Below are positions 9,594 through 19,405 of a stretch of 64,000 bases of DNA, one piece after another. The notes under the pieces were generated by a model, which did not search any database, was not told the origin of the DNA, and saw only the letters and a program-made list of their open reading frames with translations. The translations under genes were made by a program, and so were the position numbers. The DNA is from Candidatus Falkowbacteria bacterium (GTDB lineage Bacteria; Patescibacteriota; Patescibacteriia; CAIXNZ01). Positions within the stretch are counted from its first letter, which is position 1; each line of letters starts with the position of its first letter. Location: positions 67,522 to 131,521 of the forward strand of contig CAVZGV010000004.1 in NCBI GenBank assembly GCA_963774955.1. Direction: 5' to 3'.

Positions 9594-10265
9594 ATGAACA
9601 CACATCCAGCCAAACAGAATATCAAAGTCGCGGTAGACAATTGTATTTTTACCATTATTGACAATGAACTTTATGTCTTGCTCATTCAAATGAAAAAAAG
9701 ACCCTATCAGGGCATGTGGGCTTTGCCGGGAGGACTGGTCAACCAAGGTGAAAACCTGGACAAGGCAGCTCTGAGGATCTTAAAGGACGAAACTAATGTC
9801 ACTGATGTTTATCTGGAACAGCTTTATACTTTTGGCAAAACCAAAAGGGATCCTTTAGGTCGGGTTATTTCCATTGCTTACTTTGCTCTTATCCCCTCAG
9901 CCAATCAGCAATTGAAAACTTTGGCCAAATACCAATCAGTCCAATGGTGGAAATATAATGACTTACCCAAACTGGCTTATGATCATAATGAAATTATCAA
10001 ATATGCCAAACAGCGTCTGGAGTGGAAAATTGAGTATACCAATGTTGTCTGGTCACTGTTACCTGAAAAATTCACCTTAAGACAATTACAGCAAGCTTAT
10101 GAAGCTATCTTGGGGAAAGCTATGGATAAACGCAATTTTCAGAAAAAAATCTTTGCCTTAAAATTAATCCAGCCTTTAGGGCAGAAAGCCATGTTTGGCG
10201 CTCATCGTCCAGCTGAACTTTATAGATTTAAAAGCCGCAAGCCCAAAATCGTTCAGATTCTATAA
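9594..10265 (+). CDS. nrtR: NrtR, NUDIX-wHTH ADP-ribose-responsive repressor
   Basis: AVDNCIF, WALPGG, YLEQLYTFG..RDP.GRVISIAY, LAYDH, FTLRQLQ..YE.ILG..DKRNF, RPAELY. Confidence 0.92.
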   Translation: MNTHPAKQNIKVAVDNCIFTIIDNELYVLLIQMKKRPYQGMWALPGGLVNQGENLDKAALRILKDETNVTDVYLEQLYTFGKTKRDPLGRVISIAYFALIPSANQQLKTLAKYQSVQWWKYNDLPKLAYDHNEIIKYAKQRLEWKIEYTNVVWSLLPEKFTLRQLQQAYEAILGKAMDKRNFQKKIFALKLIQPLGQKAMFGAHRPAELYRFKSRKPKIVQIL

Positions 10266-10289
10266 CGCTTTTTCTTACTTTTTTTTAAC

Positions 10290-10315
10290 TTGACTTAGTG
10301 TATAAAATACACTTA
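10290..10315 (+). promoter_or_regulatory. Second NrtR-type operator beside a -35 box upstream of pnuC
   Basis: TTGACT then TAGTGT-ATAAAAT-ACACTT. Confidence 0.75.
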
Positions 10316-10347
10316 AATATAAACTAACTAATTTAACCAACAAATCT

Positions 10348-11073
10348 ATGATCAACATTATCTCAAACTTCTTTAACATCAACAACACCTTTTTCACTCT
10401 TTGGGAATATCCCATGAGCTATCTGGAATTCTTCGGCACCTTGCTAAGCCTCCTGTGTGTTTATCTGGTCGCCAAGAAAAATATCTGGTCTTGGCCAATC
10501 GGCATTGTCGCCACCATCTTATTTGGAATACTTTTTTACCAAATTCAGCTCTACTCTGATTTCTTTGAACAAATTTACTTTCTAGTTACGGGCTTTATGG
10601 GCTGGTGGCTCTGGAAAAAGATGTCCAGCCAAAACAAAAAAAATAAGGAGAATATGGACCTTAAATTTAATAGCCCCAAACTAAACTTAATCTTACTGGC
10701 AGTAATTGTTGTCGGCACCGGAGCTCTTGGTTATTTAATGAGCAATATTCATCTTTACTTCCCTGCCTTATTTCCAATCGCCGCCACTTTTGCTTATCTG
10801 GATGCCTTTACCACTGCCATGAGCTTTGTCGCCAATATGTTATTGGTTTATAAGAGAATTGAAAATTGGCTCCTCTGGATCACCGTCGATATCATCGGCA
10901 TCTGGCTCTATTATGTCAAAGGCGTCAGATTCGTTTCCCTGCTTTATGTCATTTTCCTGGTGATAGCAACCAGCGGCTTAATTATCTGGCTCAGAGATTA
11001 TAAAAAAGCTAACAAACTAAATCAAACCTATGAAAAACGGAATTATAATCGGGAAATTTTACCCACTGCATAA
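10348..11073 (+). CDS. pnuC: Nicotinamide riboside transporter PnuC
   Basis: Multi-TM; WSWPIG, LYSD..EQ, DAFTT..S, ENWLLWI.VD; upstream of nadR. Confidence 0.92.
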   Translation: MINIISNFFNINNTFFTLWEYPMSYLEFFGTLLSLLCVYLVAKKNIWSWPIGIVATILFGILFYQIQLYSDFFEQIYFLVTGFMGWWLWKKMSSQNKKNKENMDLKFNSPKLNLILLAVIVVGTGALGYLMSNIHLYFPALFPIAATFAYLDAFTTAMSFVANMLLVYKRIENWLLWITVDIIGIWLYYVKGVRFVSLLYVIFLVIATSGLIIWLRDYKKANKLNQTYEKRNYNREILPTA

Positions 11074-12064
11074 CGGACATTTAGCCTTAATTAACTTCGG
11101 ACTTAGCCAAGTTGATGAAATGACAGTCATTGTCTGCGATAAAAAAGGTCAACGCATTCCGGCCAAAGTCAGAGCCAATTGGATCAAAGAGCTGGCACCC
11201 AAGGCCAAAGTAATGATTGTTCCGGATATTGGCCAGGATGATGACTCTCAAGCTTGGGCCGATTACACCTTACAATTTCTGGGCTATAAACCTGACTGCG
11301 TCATCACTTCAGAAGCATACGGCAATACCTGGGCAGAATGCTTGAAAACTAAACATATCCTATTTGACCAGGCCAGAAACCTTGTACCTATCTGCGCTAC
11401 TAAAATTCGGGGAAATCCTTTGGCCAGTTGGGAATATTTACCGCCTCCGGTTCGCGCCTATTTTGCCAAAAGAATCTGCGTCATTGGAGCTGAATCAACC
11501 GGCACCACTACCCTGGCCAAAGACTTGGCTAAATATTACCAGACAACCTGGGTACCGGAATACGGACGCTATTATTCTGAAGCAAAACTTAATGCCAAGG
11601 ATAATAACAATTGGCGCACCGAAGAATTTTCCCACATTGCTGAAAAACAAAATCAGGCTGAAGATGCCCTGGCCCAAACCTGCAATAAAATCCTGATCTG
11701 CGATACTGATTCCTTTGCCACAGCGCTCTGGCATGAAAGATATCTGGGTAATTGGTCTGAACAAGTTGAAAAATTATTTTCAGACAGAAAAATTGATTAT
11801 TATCTGGTAACCAACGACGACATCCCCTTTGTTCAGGACGGTACCAGAGACGGCGAACACATCCGTCACCAAATGCAGCTGCGCTTTATCCAAGAACTAA
11901 AAAAAAGAAATAAAAAATTTACTGTTATTTCCGGAAATAAAGAAGAAAGGTTAACTAAAGCCGTTGAAATCTGCAACAAAATATTGGACGAACAGAATTT
12001 ATTTGCAAGTGCATATTTACAAACAAACAACATAACCATTAATAATAACGCTTATGTAAAATGA
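11030..12064 (+). CDS. nadR: NadR-type NMN adenylyltransferase / ribosylnicotinamide kinase
   Basis: GKFYPLHNGH, GAESTGTTT, PEYGR, ICDTD, VQDGTRDG; no N-terminal HTH. Confidence 0.92.
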   Translation: MKNGIIIGKFYPLHNGHLALINFGLSQVDEMTVIVCDKKGQRIPAKVRANWIKELAPKAKVMIVPDIGQDDDSQAWADYTLQFLGYKPDCVITSEAYGNTWAECLKTKHILFDQARNLVPICATKIRGNPLASWEYLPPPVRAYFAKRICVIGAESTGTTTLAKDLAKYYQTTWVPEYGRYYSEAKLNAKDNNNWRTEEFSHIAEKQNQAEDALAQTCNKILICDTDSFATALWHERYLGNWSEQVEKLFSDRKIDYYLVTNDDIPFVQDGTRDGEHIRHQMQLRFIQELKKRNKKFTVISGNKEERLTKAVEICNKILDEQNLFASAYLQTNNITINNNAYVK

Positions 12065-12234
12065 AAATCCTTCTCCCCAGGAGCTGTGATTATGGGACAC
12101 GGCTCCTGTGACAGGAGGATATTATACCTTCGATTATCCAGATTGCTGGCATAAAGAAGGTAAAGGAAAGGTCTTTGAAAAAAAAGTATTGGGCTTCATT
12201 TCAACCAAACCAAACAAAAGGAGGTGGAAGTAAA

Positions 12235-12828
12235 ATGAAAAGAAAAAAGAACTTGCCCAAGCCGGTCAAATCCCAGCTGCGTATTATCGTGATCCGCTAC
12301 CGCAACAAACTCTATTTCCAGTTGGTTAACTTCCTATTCGACAAACTGGAAGCAAGAAATGTCAAGTATTTTTGCGGCAACGGCAAGATTACGGTTTTAC
12401 GTGACAGAAAAACCTTAGCCCGAATGGAATTTCGGGAAATCGAAGATGACCGAACCACAACCGATGGTTTCATTGAGCAATATCCCTGGGTGATCATGAA
12501 GCATGATGATTACTGCTTTTCGCGAGTACTTTTACCCCAATGGTTCAAACCAGGCGATATTTTACTCTTCAACTACACTACGCCGACTGACAAACTTTTT
12601 GCTCATCGGGTTGTGCCCGAAAAAATCACGCCCCAAGACGCAGCTGCCTATATGGTTTGGCCATATGCCTGGAGCATTTGTGCCTCAAAAGTCTACAATA
12701 ATTTAGGCAATCTGCTTTTGGGCAAACGCAAACAAGTGGATTTCAATTCCCTAATAGCAGCGTATACCCAAAAAGCTGTTTATCAGGGCAAAGAATTCCG
12801 AATCATTAACTTTTCCAAACTAGACTAA
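12235..12828 (+). CDS. Hypothetical protein in the NAD island
   Basis: AGGAGG SD before ATG 12235. Confidence 0.6.
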   Translation: MKRKKNLPKPVKSQLRIIVIRYRNKLYFQLVNFLFDKLEARNVKYFCGNGKITVLRDRKTLARMEFREIEDDRTTTDGFIEQYPWVIMKHDDYCFSRVLLPQWFKPGDILLFNYTTPTDKLFAHRVVPEKITPQDAAAYMVWPYAWSICASKVYNNLGNLLLGKRKQVDFNSLIAAYTQKAVYQGKEFRIINFSKLD

Positions 12829-12840
12829 AGGAGGACTGTC

Positions 12841-13571
12841 ATGAGAATCGAAGAGTACGCGAAATTGATAAGGACAGGACAGACAACGAAAAATCCTGTC
12901 ACGGGAATCTGCGGCCGAATAATTCGCGGCCAAAAACCGTCAGATTTTACCACCCTGACTGACGATCCTGAAAGAAAGATCGTCATGCTGGTGGATCCTG
13001 ACGGCCTGGCCAAATTGCTCGGCAAAACCGGATACCAAATGCTCATTGAAGTCGGCTACCAGCCGGATTACCTTGAGCATAAGGTCAAAGAAGGCAACCA
13101 ATTCAAACTGGCGGTCTTTCCCGAAGGCGGCGCTGCCCAGCTTGCGACCTGGGACAATGTCTTTGCCATGGTCAGTCAGGTCTATCCTGACATAACCTTC
13201 AGCACCCAGATCAAAAACGGCCTGAAGAAGCAAAGCTTTGACCAGATCGAAAAACAAGCCGGCTTCAAATTTCTTGAAGTGGAAAAAGCCGGAAAAAACG
13301 ATCCCCGCTTCATGACCTACAAGAAATTTAGAAATCCGGCCAGACCCTGGCCGACTTCCGCGCCTTCCTGTACTTCACCATCCATTTGCGTGAACTCTAC
13401 AGCGGCGACGGCTGGACCTATGACGACAAGGGCAATCGCGGAGTGAAAGAATACATCATCCCCAATCTGCCCATTGCCGACCTGGGTCCCAGCGAACTGA
13501 TCGACCTGGATATCCAACTGCCAACCGACATCAGCCCTGCCTTAAAAACAGGCAAAGAAAGGAGAACGACT
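12841..13571 (+). pseudogene. Frameshifted hypothetical protein whose C-terminal part continues in the -1 frame into the nicotinamidase ORF
   Basis: After ...MTYKKFR (13332) the -1 frame reads KSGQTLADFRAFLYFTIHLRELYSGDGWTYDDKGNRGVKEYIIPN; frame 0 becomes low-plausibility sequence. Confidence 0.65.
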
Positions 13572-14396
13572 ATGAAAAACCTGAAGATCCATATGCTGGT
13601 CATTGACCCGCAAAACGATTTCATGGACATCAATGGCGCCACCCTACCGGTGGCCGGAGCCAAAGATGACATGATCCGACTGGCGGGTCTGATCGACCGC
13701 GTCGGTCCCAAACTCGCGGACATCCATGTCACCATGGATAGCCACAGACTGCTGGACATCGCTCATCCCGCGTGGTGGGTGGACCAGAACCGGAACAACC
13801 CCGCACCCTTCACTATGATCACGGTCGACGACGTGGCCAACCGCATCTGGGTCCCGCGCAATCCCAACTTCTACGACCGCTGTCTGGCCTACGTCAAGGA
13901 ACTGAACCGCAAGGGCAACTACATGCTCTGCATCTGGCCGCCCCACTGCCTCATCGGCACCTGGGGACACAACGTATACCCCGAACTAAATGACGCTTTG
14001 CAGCTCTGGTCCGGCAAGGAATTCGCCATGGTCGACTACGTGACCAAGGGTTCCAACCCCTGGACCGAGCACTACGGCGCCATGGAAGCCGAGGTCCCGG
14101 ATCCTGAAGATCCCGGTACCCAGCTCAACACCAACTTTCTCAACATGCTGGCCGAGGCTGATATCGTCGCCATTGCAGGCGAAGCTCTCAGCCACTGCGT
14201 CAAAGCCACGGTTTCCCAGATCGCCGACAACATCGGCGAAGAGCACATCAAGAAGTTCCAGATCATCACCGATTGCACCAGCCCGGTCGGCGCCGTACCC
14301 AACGGCCCTGATTTCCCGGCCATTGCCCAGCAATGGTTGCTGGACATGCAAAAACGCGGCATGACCCTGGTCAAAGCCGACGACTTCCTGCGCTAA
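13572..14396 (+). CDS. Nicotinamidase-like cysteine hydrolase (long form)
   Basis: IDPQNDF, L.VAGA, TMDSH, WPPHCLIGTWG, AGEALSHCV; own SD AAAGGAG before ATG 13572. Confidence 0.88.
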   Translation: MKNLKIHMLVIDPQNDFMDINGATLPVAGAKDDMIRLAGLIDRVGPKLADIHVTMDSHRLLDIAHPAWWVDQNRNNPAPFTMITVDDVANRIWVPRNPNFYDRCLAYVKELNRKGNYMLCIWPPHCLIGTWGHNVYPELNDALQLWSGKEFAMVDYVTKGSNPWTEHYGAMEAEVPDPEDPGTQLNTNFLNMLAEADIVAIAGEALSHCVKATVSQIADNIGEEHIKKFQIITDCTSPVGAVPNGPDFPAIAQQWLLDMQKRGMTLVKADDFLR

Positions 14397-14478
14397 ACCG
14401 GCAAACCCTGGGTTACCCCGCGTCGCGAGGTGACCCAGGGTAACCATCAATTTCCTAACCAAAGAAAGGAGAACGACC

Positions 14479-15234
14479 ATGCCACGCCTAATGGACAACG
14501 AAATGCAAGTTTCCAAAATTCCTGGAATGCAGGGATTTGCCTTCTCTGGCGTTCGGACCGAAAATCTCGGTGCCACCGAGTATACTCTGGTCACGATCGC
14601 GGTCGATGTTACCGGCTCGGTTGCCGGCTTTGAAAACGATCTGCGTAATTCGCTGATCGCCGCGGTCGAGGCCTGCAAAAAATCCCCGCGTTCCGATAAC
14701 CTGCTGTTACGGGTGATCATCTTCTCCACCAGCTACAAAAATGGGGTGGAAGAAATCCACGGGTTCAAACCCCTGGGTGAAATCGACCCGCAAGCCTATC
14801 CGCAGTTTCAGCCCGGAGGAGGCACTCCGCTTTTCGATGCCTGCTTCTCTGGCATCGGCGCCACCAACGTCTACGCCAAGAAGCTCATGGCCGACGATTT
14901 TCTGACCAACGGCATTGTCTTCATCATCACTGATGGCGAAGACAACGCTTCCCAGTCCACGCCCGCCATGATCAAGAAGGAAATCACCAAGGCCATCACC
15001 GGAGAAACCATCGAGTCCCTGATCACCGTCCTGATCGGCATCAACGCCAGCTACTGCAACCAAGCGCTGGATGATTTCCGCAATCAAGCGGGCATCAGCC
15101 AGTACATCGATGCCGGCCAGGCAACCAAAGGCAAGCTCGCTAAGCTGGCAGACTTCGTTTCTCAATCGGTTTCCAGTCAGTCCCAGGCTCTGGGTACTGG
15201 CGGACCGAGCCAGAAGATTTCTGCCACGATCTAA
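14479..15234 (+). CDS. vWA domain protein (TerY-like)
   Basis: MIDAS motif DVTGS, GGTPLFDA, IITDGEDN. Confidence 0.88.
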   Translation: MPRLMDNEMQVSKIPGMQGFAFSGVRTENLGATEYTLVTIAVDVTGSVAGFENDLRNSLIAAVEACKKSPRSDNLLLRVIIFSTSYKNGVEEIHGFKPLGEIDPQAYPQFQPGGGTPLFDACFSGIGATNVYAKKLMADDFLTNGIVFIITDGEDNASQSTPAMIKKEITKAITGETIESLITVLIGINASYCNQALDDFRNQAGISQYIDAGQATKGKLAKLADFVSQSVSSQSQALGTGGPSQKISATI

Positions 15235-15351
15235 CAACCAAGGGAGATAATGGAGCAATCTGTTATCTCCCTATTTTTTCCCCACGTAGCGGGGTGAAAC
15301 CAGAAAGGCCCCGCCTACGCTAAAGCTTCTACGGACAAGGAGGTGAGATTC

Positions 15352-16227
15352 ATGATCCAGTTACAAACCGATCACTACTTCCACATTGGCAAAACGCACT
15401 TAACCAACGGTAAGCCTTGTCAGGATTATGCAATCTCACAGGTTATTAATGACGCAGCTATTGCGATCATCTGTGACGGTTGCTCTTCCGGCGGACAAAC
15501 CGATGTCGGCGCCAGGCTCTTAGGCTTAACCACCCAAGCTGCTTTGCTTAACCACTGGCTGACCAACGGCCAAATCATTCCGGAACCAACCAGCGCTGAA
15601 ATCAGGCTCAATCAAAAAATCAAACTAGCCTCTGCTTGTCAGCTTTTGGGACTGCAACCCAATGACTTGCTGGCCACCTGCGTTTACGCTTATTTCGGGC
15701 CGCAGGCCGGAATTATTCACATCCAGGGAGACGGAGTCGTTGCCCTCAAATTCACTGACCAACATATCCTGATGCACCGATTTGAGTGGCAAGACAATCG
15801 ACCCTATTACCCGGCTTATGCTGAAAGTCGCTTGGCTGATTTCATTGCCGCTCATGGTAATAATCTGCAAGCCTTACGTTTGAAATCCGAAACCTGGCAA
15901 ACCGTCGCGTCTCAACAACAGCTTTTACAGACCAACGACTACACGCTGAGCCAGGGACTGCAAGGCCTGATCATCAACTTGGACCAGACACTGATCAGCC
16001 AAGGGCTGGAATTCATTGCCGTCTTTTCCGACGGCGTCACCCAAATTGACAATGTGAATTGGCAAGACGCGGTGACTGAATTCCTCAGTTTCAAAAATAC
16101 CAAGGGTGAATTTGCCAAGCGCAGAATGATCCGCGGTATTCAGGATATGATCAAGGTTAATAAAGGTCCATTGGATGACATTGCTTACGCGGTAATTCGG
16201 TTGGACCAAAACCAAAAGGAGGTGTGA
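15352..16227 (+). CDS. PP2C-like protein phosphatase
   Basis: G..H....PCQD, ICDGCSSG, GDG, FSDGV, DD near the C-terminus. Confidence 0.85.
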   Translation: MIQLQTDHYFHIGKTHLTNGKPCQDYAISQVINDAAIAIICDGCSSGGQTDVGARLLGLTTQAALLNHWLTNGQIIPEPTSAEIRLNQKIKLASACQLLGLQPNDLLATCVYAYFGPQAGIIHIQGDGVVALKFTDQHILMHRFEWQDNRPYYPAYAESRLADFIAAHGNNLQALRLKSETWQTVASQQQLLQTNDYTLSQGLQGLIINLDQTLISQGLEFIAVFSDGVTQIDNVNWQDAVTEFLSFKNTKGEFAKRRMIRGIQDMIKVNKGPLDDIAYAVIRLDQNQKEV

Positions 16228-16228
16228 G

Positions 16229-17962
16229 ATGCCAACTATGCGTGGCAACATCGAAGTTGTCTTAGCCAACCGCGGAGCATTGACTCTGCGACCGGCGGAT
16301 CACGTTGCCACCGGGGGAGAAGGCTCGATTTATCGGGCTAAAAACACCATCATCAAATTGTATACTGACCCCAGAAAAATGAATCAGGATGGCATGGTTG
16401 AAAAGATCAAACTCTTATCAGCCATTAAGCATCCTTTCATTGTTTCGCCCACGGGGCTGGTAAACAATAATGCTGGTACTCCTGTTGGCTTTTACATGCC
16501 TTTTAGCGAAGGCGAACCCTTGCCCAGAGTTTTTACCAATGACTGGCGCAAACGCGAAAACTTTAATGACCAGCAGGCAAAAACTTTGGTTGACAACATG
16601 CGACAGGCAGTCGAAGTTGCCCACGCCAACCACGCGCTTTTAGTTGATGCCAATGAGATGAACTGGCTAGTATCTTTGGCCAAAGCAAATCAGCCCGAAC
16701 CCAGAATCATTGATGTTGATTCCTGGCAAATTGGACGCTTCCCGGCCAAGGTCATCATGCTGTCCATCCGCGATTGGCTCAATCCAAAATTTACCGAGTC
16801 GAGCGACTGGTTTAGCTGGGGAATTGTCACCTTCCAGGTCTTTAGCGGCATCCATCCTTACAAAGGAACACTGCCAGGCTACAAACCCAATCAACTTGAA
16901 GATCGCATGAAAGCCAAAGCCTCGGTCTTTTCCCAAGGTATTCAGCTGAATAAAGCGGTTCGGGATTTCTCAGTTATTCCCGGGCCCTTGCTCGACTGGT
17001 ATATTGCCGCCTTCCAGAACGGCGAACGGACCAAACCACCGTCACCCTTCGATTCCGGACTGACTCAAGCCAAAGTAGCCAGAGTACTGCATGCAGTTAC
17101 AACCGCAAGCGGCCTGCTGGTTTTCGAAAAACTATTGCAGCCGGTCAACGACCCAGTGATCAGAATCTTTCCTTGCGGCGTGGTCTTGCTGAATTCAGGT
17201 AAGCTGTTTGACTTACAAAAGCAATACCAAATCAGCACGGCCAAAACCAGGGACGTTGAAATCATCAGGATTGATAACGGCTGGCTCAAAGCCGAGATCA
17301 TTAACAAGCGGTTACAATTCAATTTCATCAATGCAACCAGCCTCAACGAAGAACCGCTTAAATTTGATCTGGCTGGTGAGAAGATCTTTCGCTGCGACAA
17401 TCGCTTGTTTGTCATCAATGAGCAAGGCCTGACCGAAGTGATCCTGAAATTCTTTTCCAAGCCGATCCTGGCTCTGGGCAAAACCTGGGGCGTGCTGGCG
17501 AATTCCATTCGCTGGTATGATGGCTTGGGCATCCAAAACACCATGGGTGCGACTTACATCATTGCTCCGTTCAATGACACTGCCTGCGCCGAAATCAGGG
17601 TGCCGGAACTTGATGGCTTAAAACCCATTAGCGCCAAAGCCGGTCAACGTTACATAGTTGTCATTGCTTTAGACAAGCAAGGCAACTACCAAAAAGTTGA
17701 GCTGACTCTGGATCGGGAATATAAAACCTACAAGGTCTGGCAGGAAATTGTTGACAGCCCTGATCTTAATCTGACCATCTTGCCAAAAGGTGTCTGCGCG
17801 ACAATTGTCAAAGACGGAGAGCTGAACATCTTTGTTCCGACCTCAAGCACCCAAAACACGGTCAAAGATAAAAACATCAGCACTGACATGCTTTTATACA
17901 ACTGGGAGAACAAAGTTGTTTATCTGCAAAACGGCGAAATCTGGGGCGTTAAAATGAAATAA
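16229..17962 (+). CDS. Ser/Thr kinase-like protein with beta-rich C-terminus (TerY-P triad kinase type)
   Basis: GGEGSIY, IIKLY, DANEMN, IDVDS, SDWFSWG, HPYKG. Confidence 0.85.
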   Translation: MPTMRGNIEVVLANRGALTLRPADHVATGGEGSIYRAKNTIIKLYTDPRKMNQDGMVEKIKLLSAIKHPFIVSPTGLVNNNAGTPVGFYMPFSEGEPLPRVFTNDWRKRENFNDQQAKTLVDNMRQAVEVAHANHALLVDANEMNWLVSLAKANQPEPRIIDVDSWQIGRFPAKVIMLSIRDWLNPKFTESSDWFSWGIVTFQVFSGIHPYKGTLPGYKPNQLEDRMKAKASVFSQGIQLNKAVRDFSVIPGPLLDWYIAAFQNGERTKPPSPFDSGLTQAKVARVLHAVTTASGLLVFEKLLQPVNDPVIRIFPCGVVLLNSGKLFDLQKQYQISTAKTRDVEIIRIDNGWLKAEIINKRLQFNFINATSLNEEPLKFDLAGEKIFRCDNRLFVINEQGLTEVILKFFSKPILALGKTWGVLANSIRWYDGLGIQNTMGATYIIAPFNDTACAEIRVPELDGLKPISAKAGQRYIVVIALDKQGNYQKVELTLDREYKTYKVWQEIVDSPDLNLTILPKGVCATIVKDGELNIFVPTSSTQNTVKDKNISTDMLLYNWENKVVYLQNGEIWGVKMK

Positions 17963-18290
17963 CGCCCAACGGGGGGAGAAATTGTACCACGTTACAATTT
18001 CTCCCCCACTTCTTTCTTCATAAAATTGCGACCAAAAATATTTTGGTCATAATTTTATACTTTAATCTGAGATTAAAGTGAAACTAAGTTCTTTAAAACT
18101 TATACTCAAAACATATTTTACCCCTCCTTGGGGGTTTGGGGGGCCGAACTAAGCGTCGTGATCAAAACCACGAACGAACCATATGCACTAGCGCATTGAG
18201 GCCCCCCAAAACTTTTTGCATACTTTTTTGTTCAAAAAAGTATGAAGCCGAAGGCTTAAAGTTCTCAGAACCTGAAAGGAGGACCTAATC

Positions 18291-18488
18291 ATGGAAACCA
18301 CCAAACACAACCGGGAAGTGGTCCAAAGAGTGGGCGACTTGGTCGTAGACCTGTCTAACGAAGTCGATCCGCTGCCCATGTCTGAACCGGCCAAAGAAGC
18401 CATGGTCATGGTCATGGTTGCCAACTGCCTAAAAAGCCAGGGCAACATTGTTACCTTTTGTCTGCCAACCTTCAAGACTGGCTTATAA
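18291..18488 (+). CDS. Small hypothetical protein
   Basis: AAAGGAGG SD; 65 aa. Confidence 0.5.
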   Translation: METTKHNREVVQRVGDLVVDLSNEVDPLPMSEPAKEAMVMVMVANCLKSQGNIVTFCLPTFKTGL

Positions 18489-18565
18489 CCAAGGCAATCT
18501 GAGACAGACAAAAAACTTAAATTTTCAGCTAATTTAAGCTGAAATGTTTTACTAGCACCATTAGC

Positions 18566-18605
18566 GGGGAAAGTCGGTTTTCACCCCGGCTTTCCCCCTT
18601 TTTAA
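18566..18605 (+). terminator. Intrinsic terminator
   Basis: GGGGAAAGTCGG...CCGGCTTTCCCC followed by a T run. Confidence 0.65.
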
Positions 18606-18609
18606 AACC

Positions 18610-18638
18610 TTGACAAATATAACATATTTTGATAAACT
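18610..18638 (+). promoter_or_regulatory. Sigma70 promoter for the nadD-nadE block
   Basis: TTGACA-17 bp-TAAACT with TG extension. Confidence 0.7.
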
Positions 18639-18769
18639 AATAAGTCGTCTTTTACCTAATCTTAGACGAGCAATAGAAAATTTTAACTAAATAATTTTGG
18701 TTAAATTTTTCTGGCTTTGACTCAGTCAAAACCACAGTCCTTTAAACCTTAATTTAAGGGAGAAATCCT

Positions 18770-19405
18770 ATGCCAAAACAAATCATTGCCGTCGGCGGTT
18801 CAGCGGCTAATCCGCCTCACTTGGGGCACTTAGCTTTGATCCAAGCCATGTTACAATCAAAAAAATTTTCCAAAGTAATGTGGATCCCTTCCGGGGTGCG
18901 CCCGGACAAGCCTGACTTCATTGATCCGCAACATCGCCTGGCCATGACTGAACTGACACTGCAATCGATTACAGACAAAAGATTCATTTTGAATCCCAGC
19001 GATGTTTATGGCAAAAACATGCCGACCATCAAATGGATGGAGATTCTCAAGGAACAAAATCCCCAAGCGGAAATTGTCTGGTATACAGGCGTTGATTCTG
19101 TTGTGCCGCAAAAAAAATTCGGCGGCCTATGTAAAATTGAAGCGCGCTGGCAACATGGGGAAAAATTAATTAAGAATTTTAAATTCCTAATTATCCCCCG
19201 CGCCGGTTATCCGCAGCCTTCAACTTTCAAAATTCCTCTTGAGGATTATGAAATCCTGGATGTGGAACTGCCTGACATTGCCAGTTCAAAAATTCGAAAA
19301 CTTGTTCAAGGAGGTAACAGCGATTTTGAAAAACTAGTAACGCCTGAAGTTTCCGCCTATATCAAGGTTAACAAACTTTACGGATGGAAAGGAGAAAAAG
19401 CATGA
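18770..19405 (+). CDS. nadD: Nicotinate-nucleotide adenylyltransferase
   Basis: GGSAANPPHLGH, RLAM, G.DS..W, RAGY, IASSKIR, V..YI....LY. Confidence 0.9.
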   Translation: MPKQIIAVGGSAANPPHLGHLALIQAMLQSKKFSKVMWIPSGVRPDKPDFIDPQHRLAMTELTLQSITDKRFILNPSDVYGKNMPTIKWMEILKEQNPQAEIVWYTGVDSVVPQKKFGGLCKIEARWQHGEKLIKNFKFLIIPRAGYPQPSTFKIPLEDYEILDVELPDIASSKIRKLVQGGNSDFEKLVTPEVSAYIKVNKLYGWKGEKA

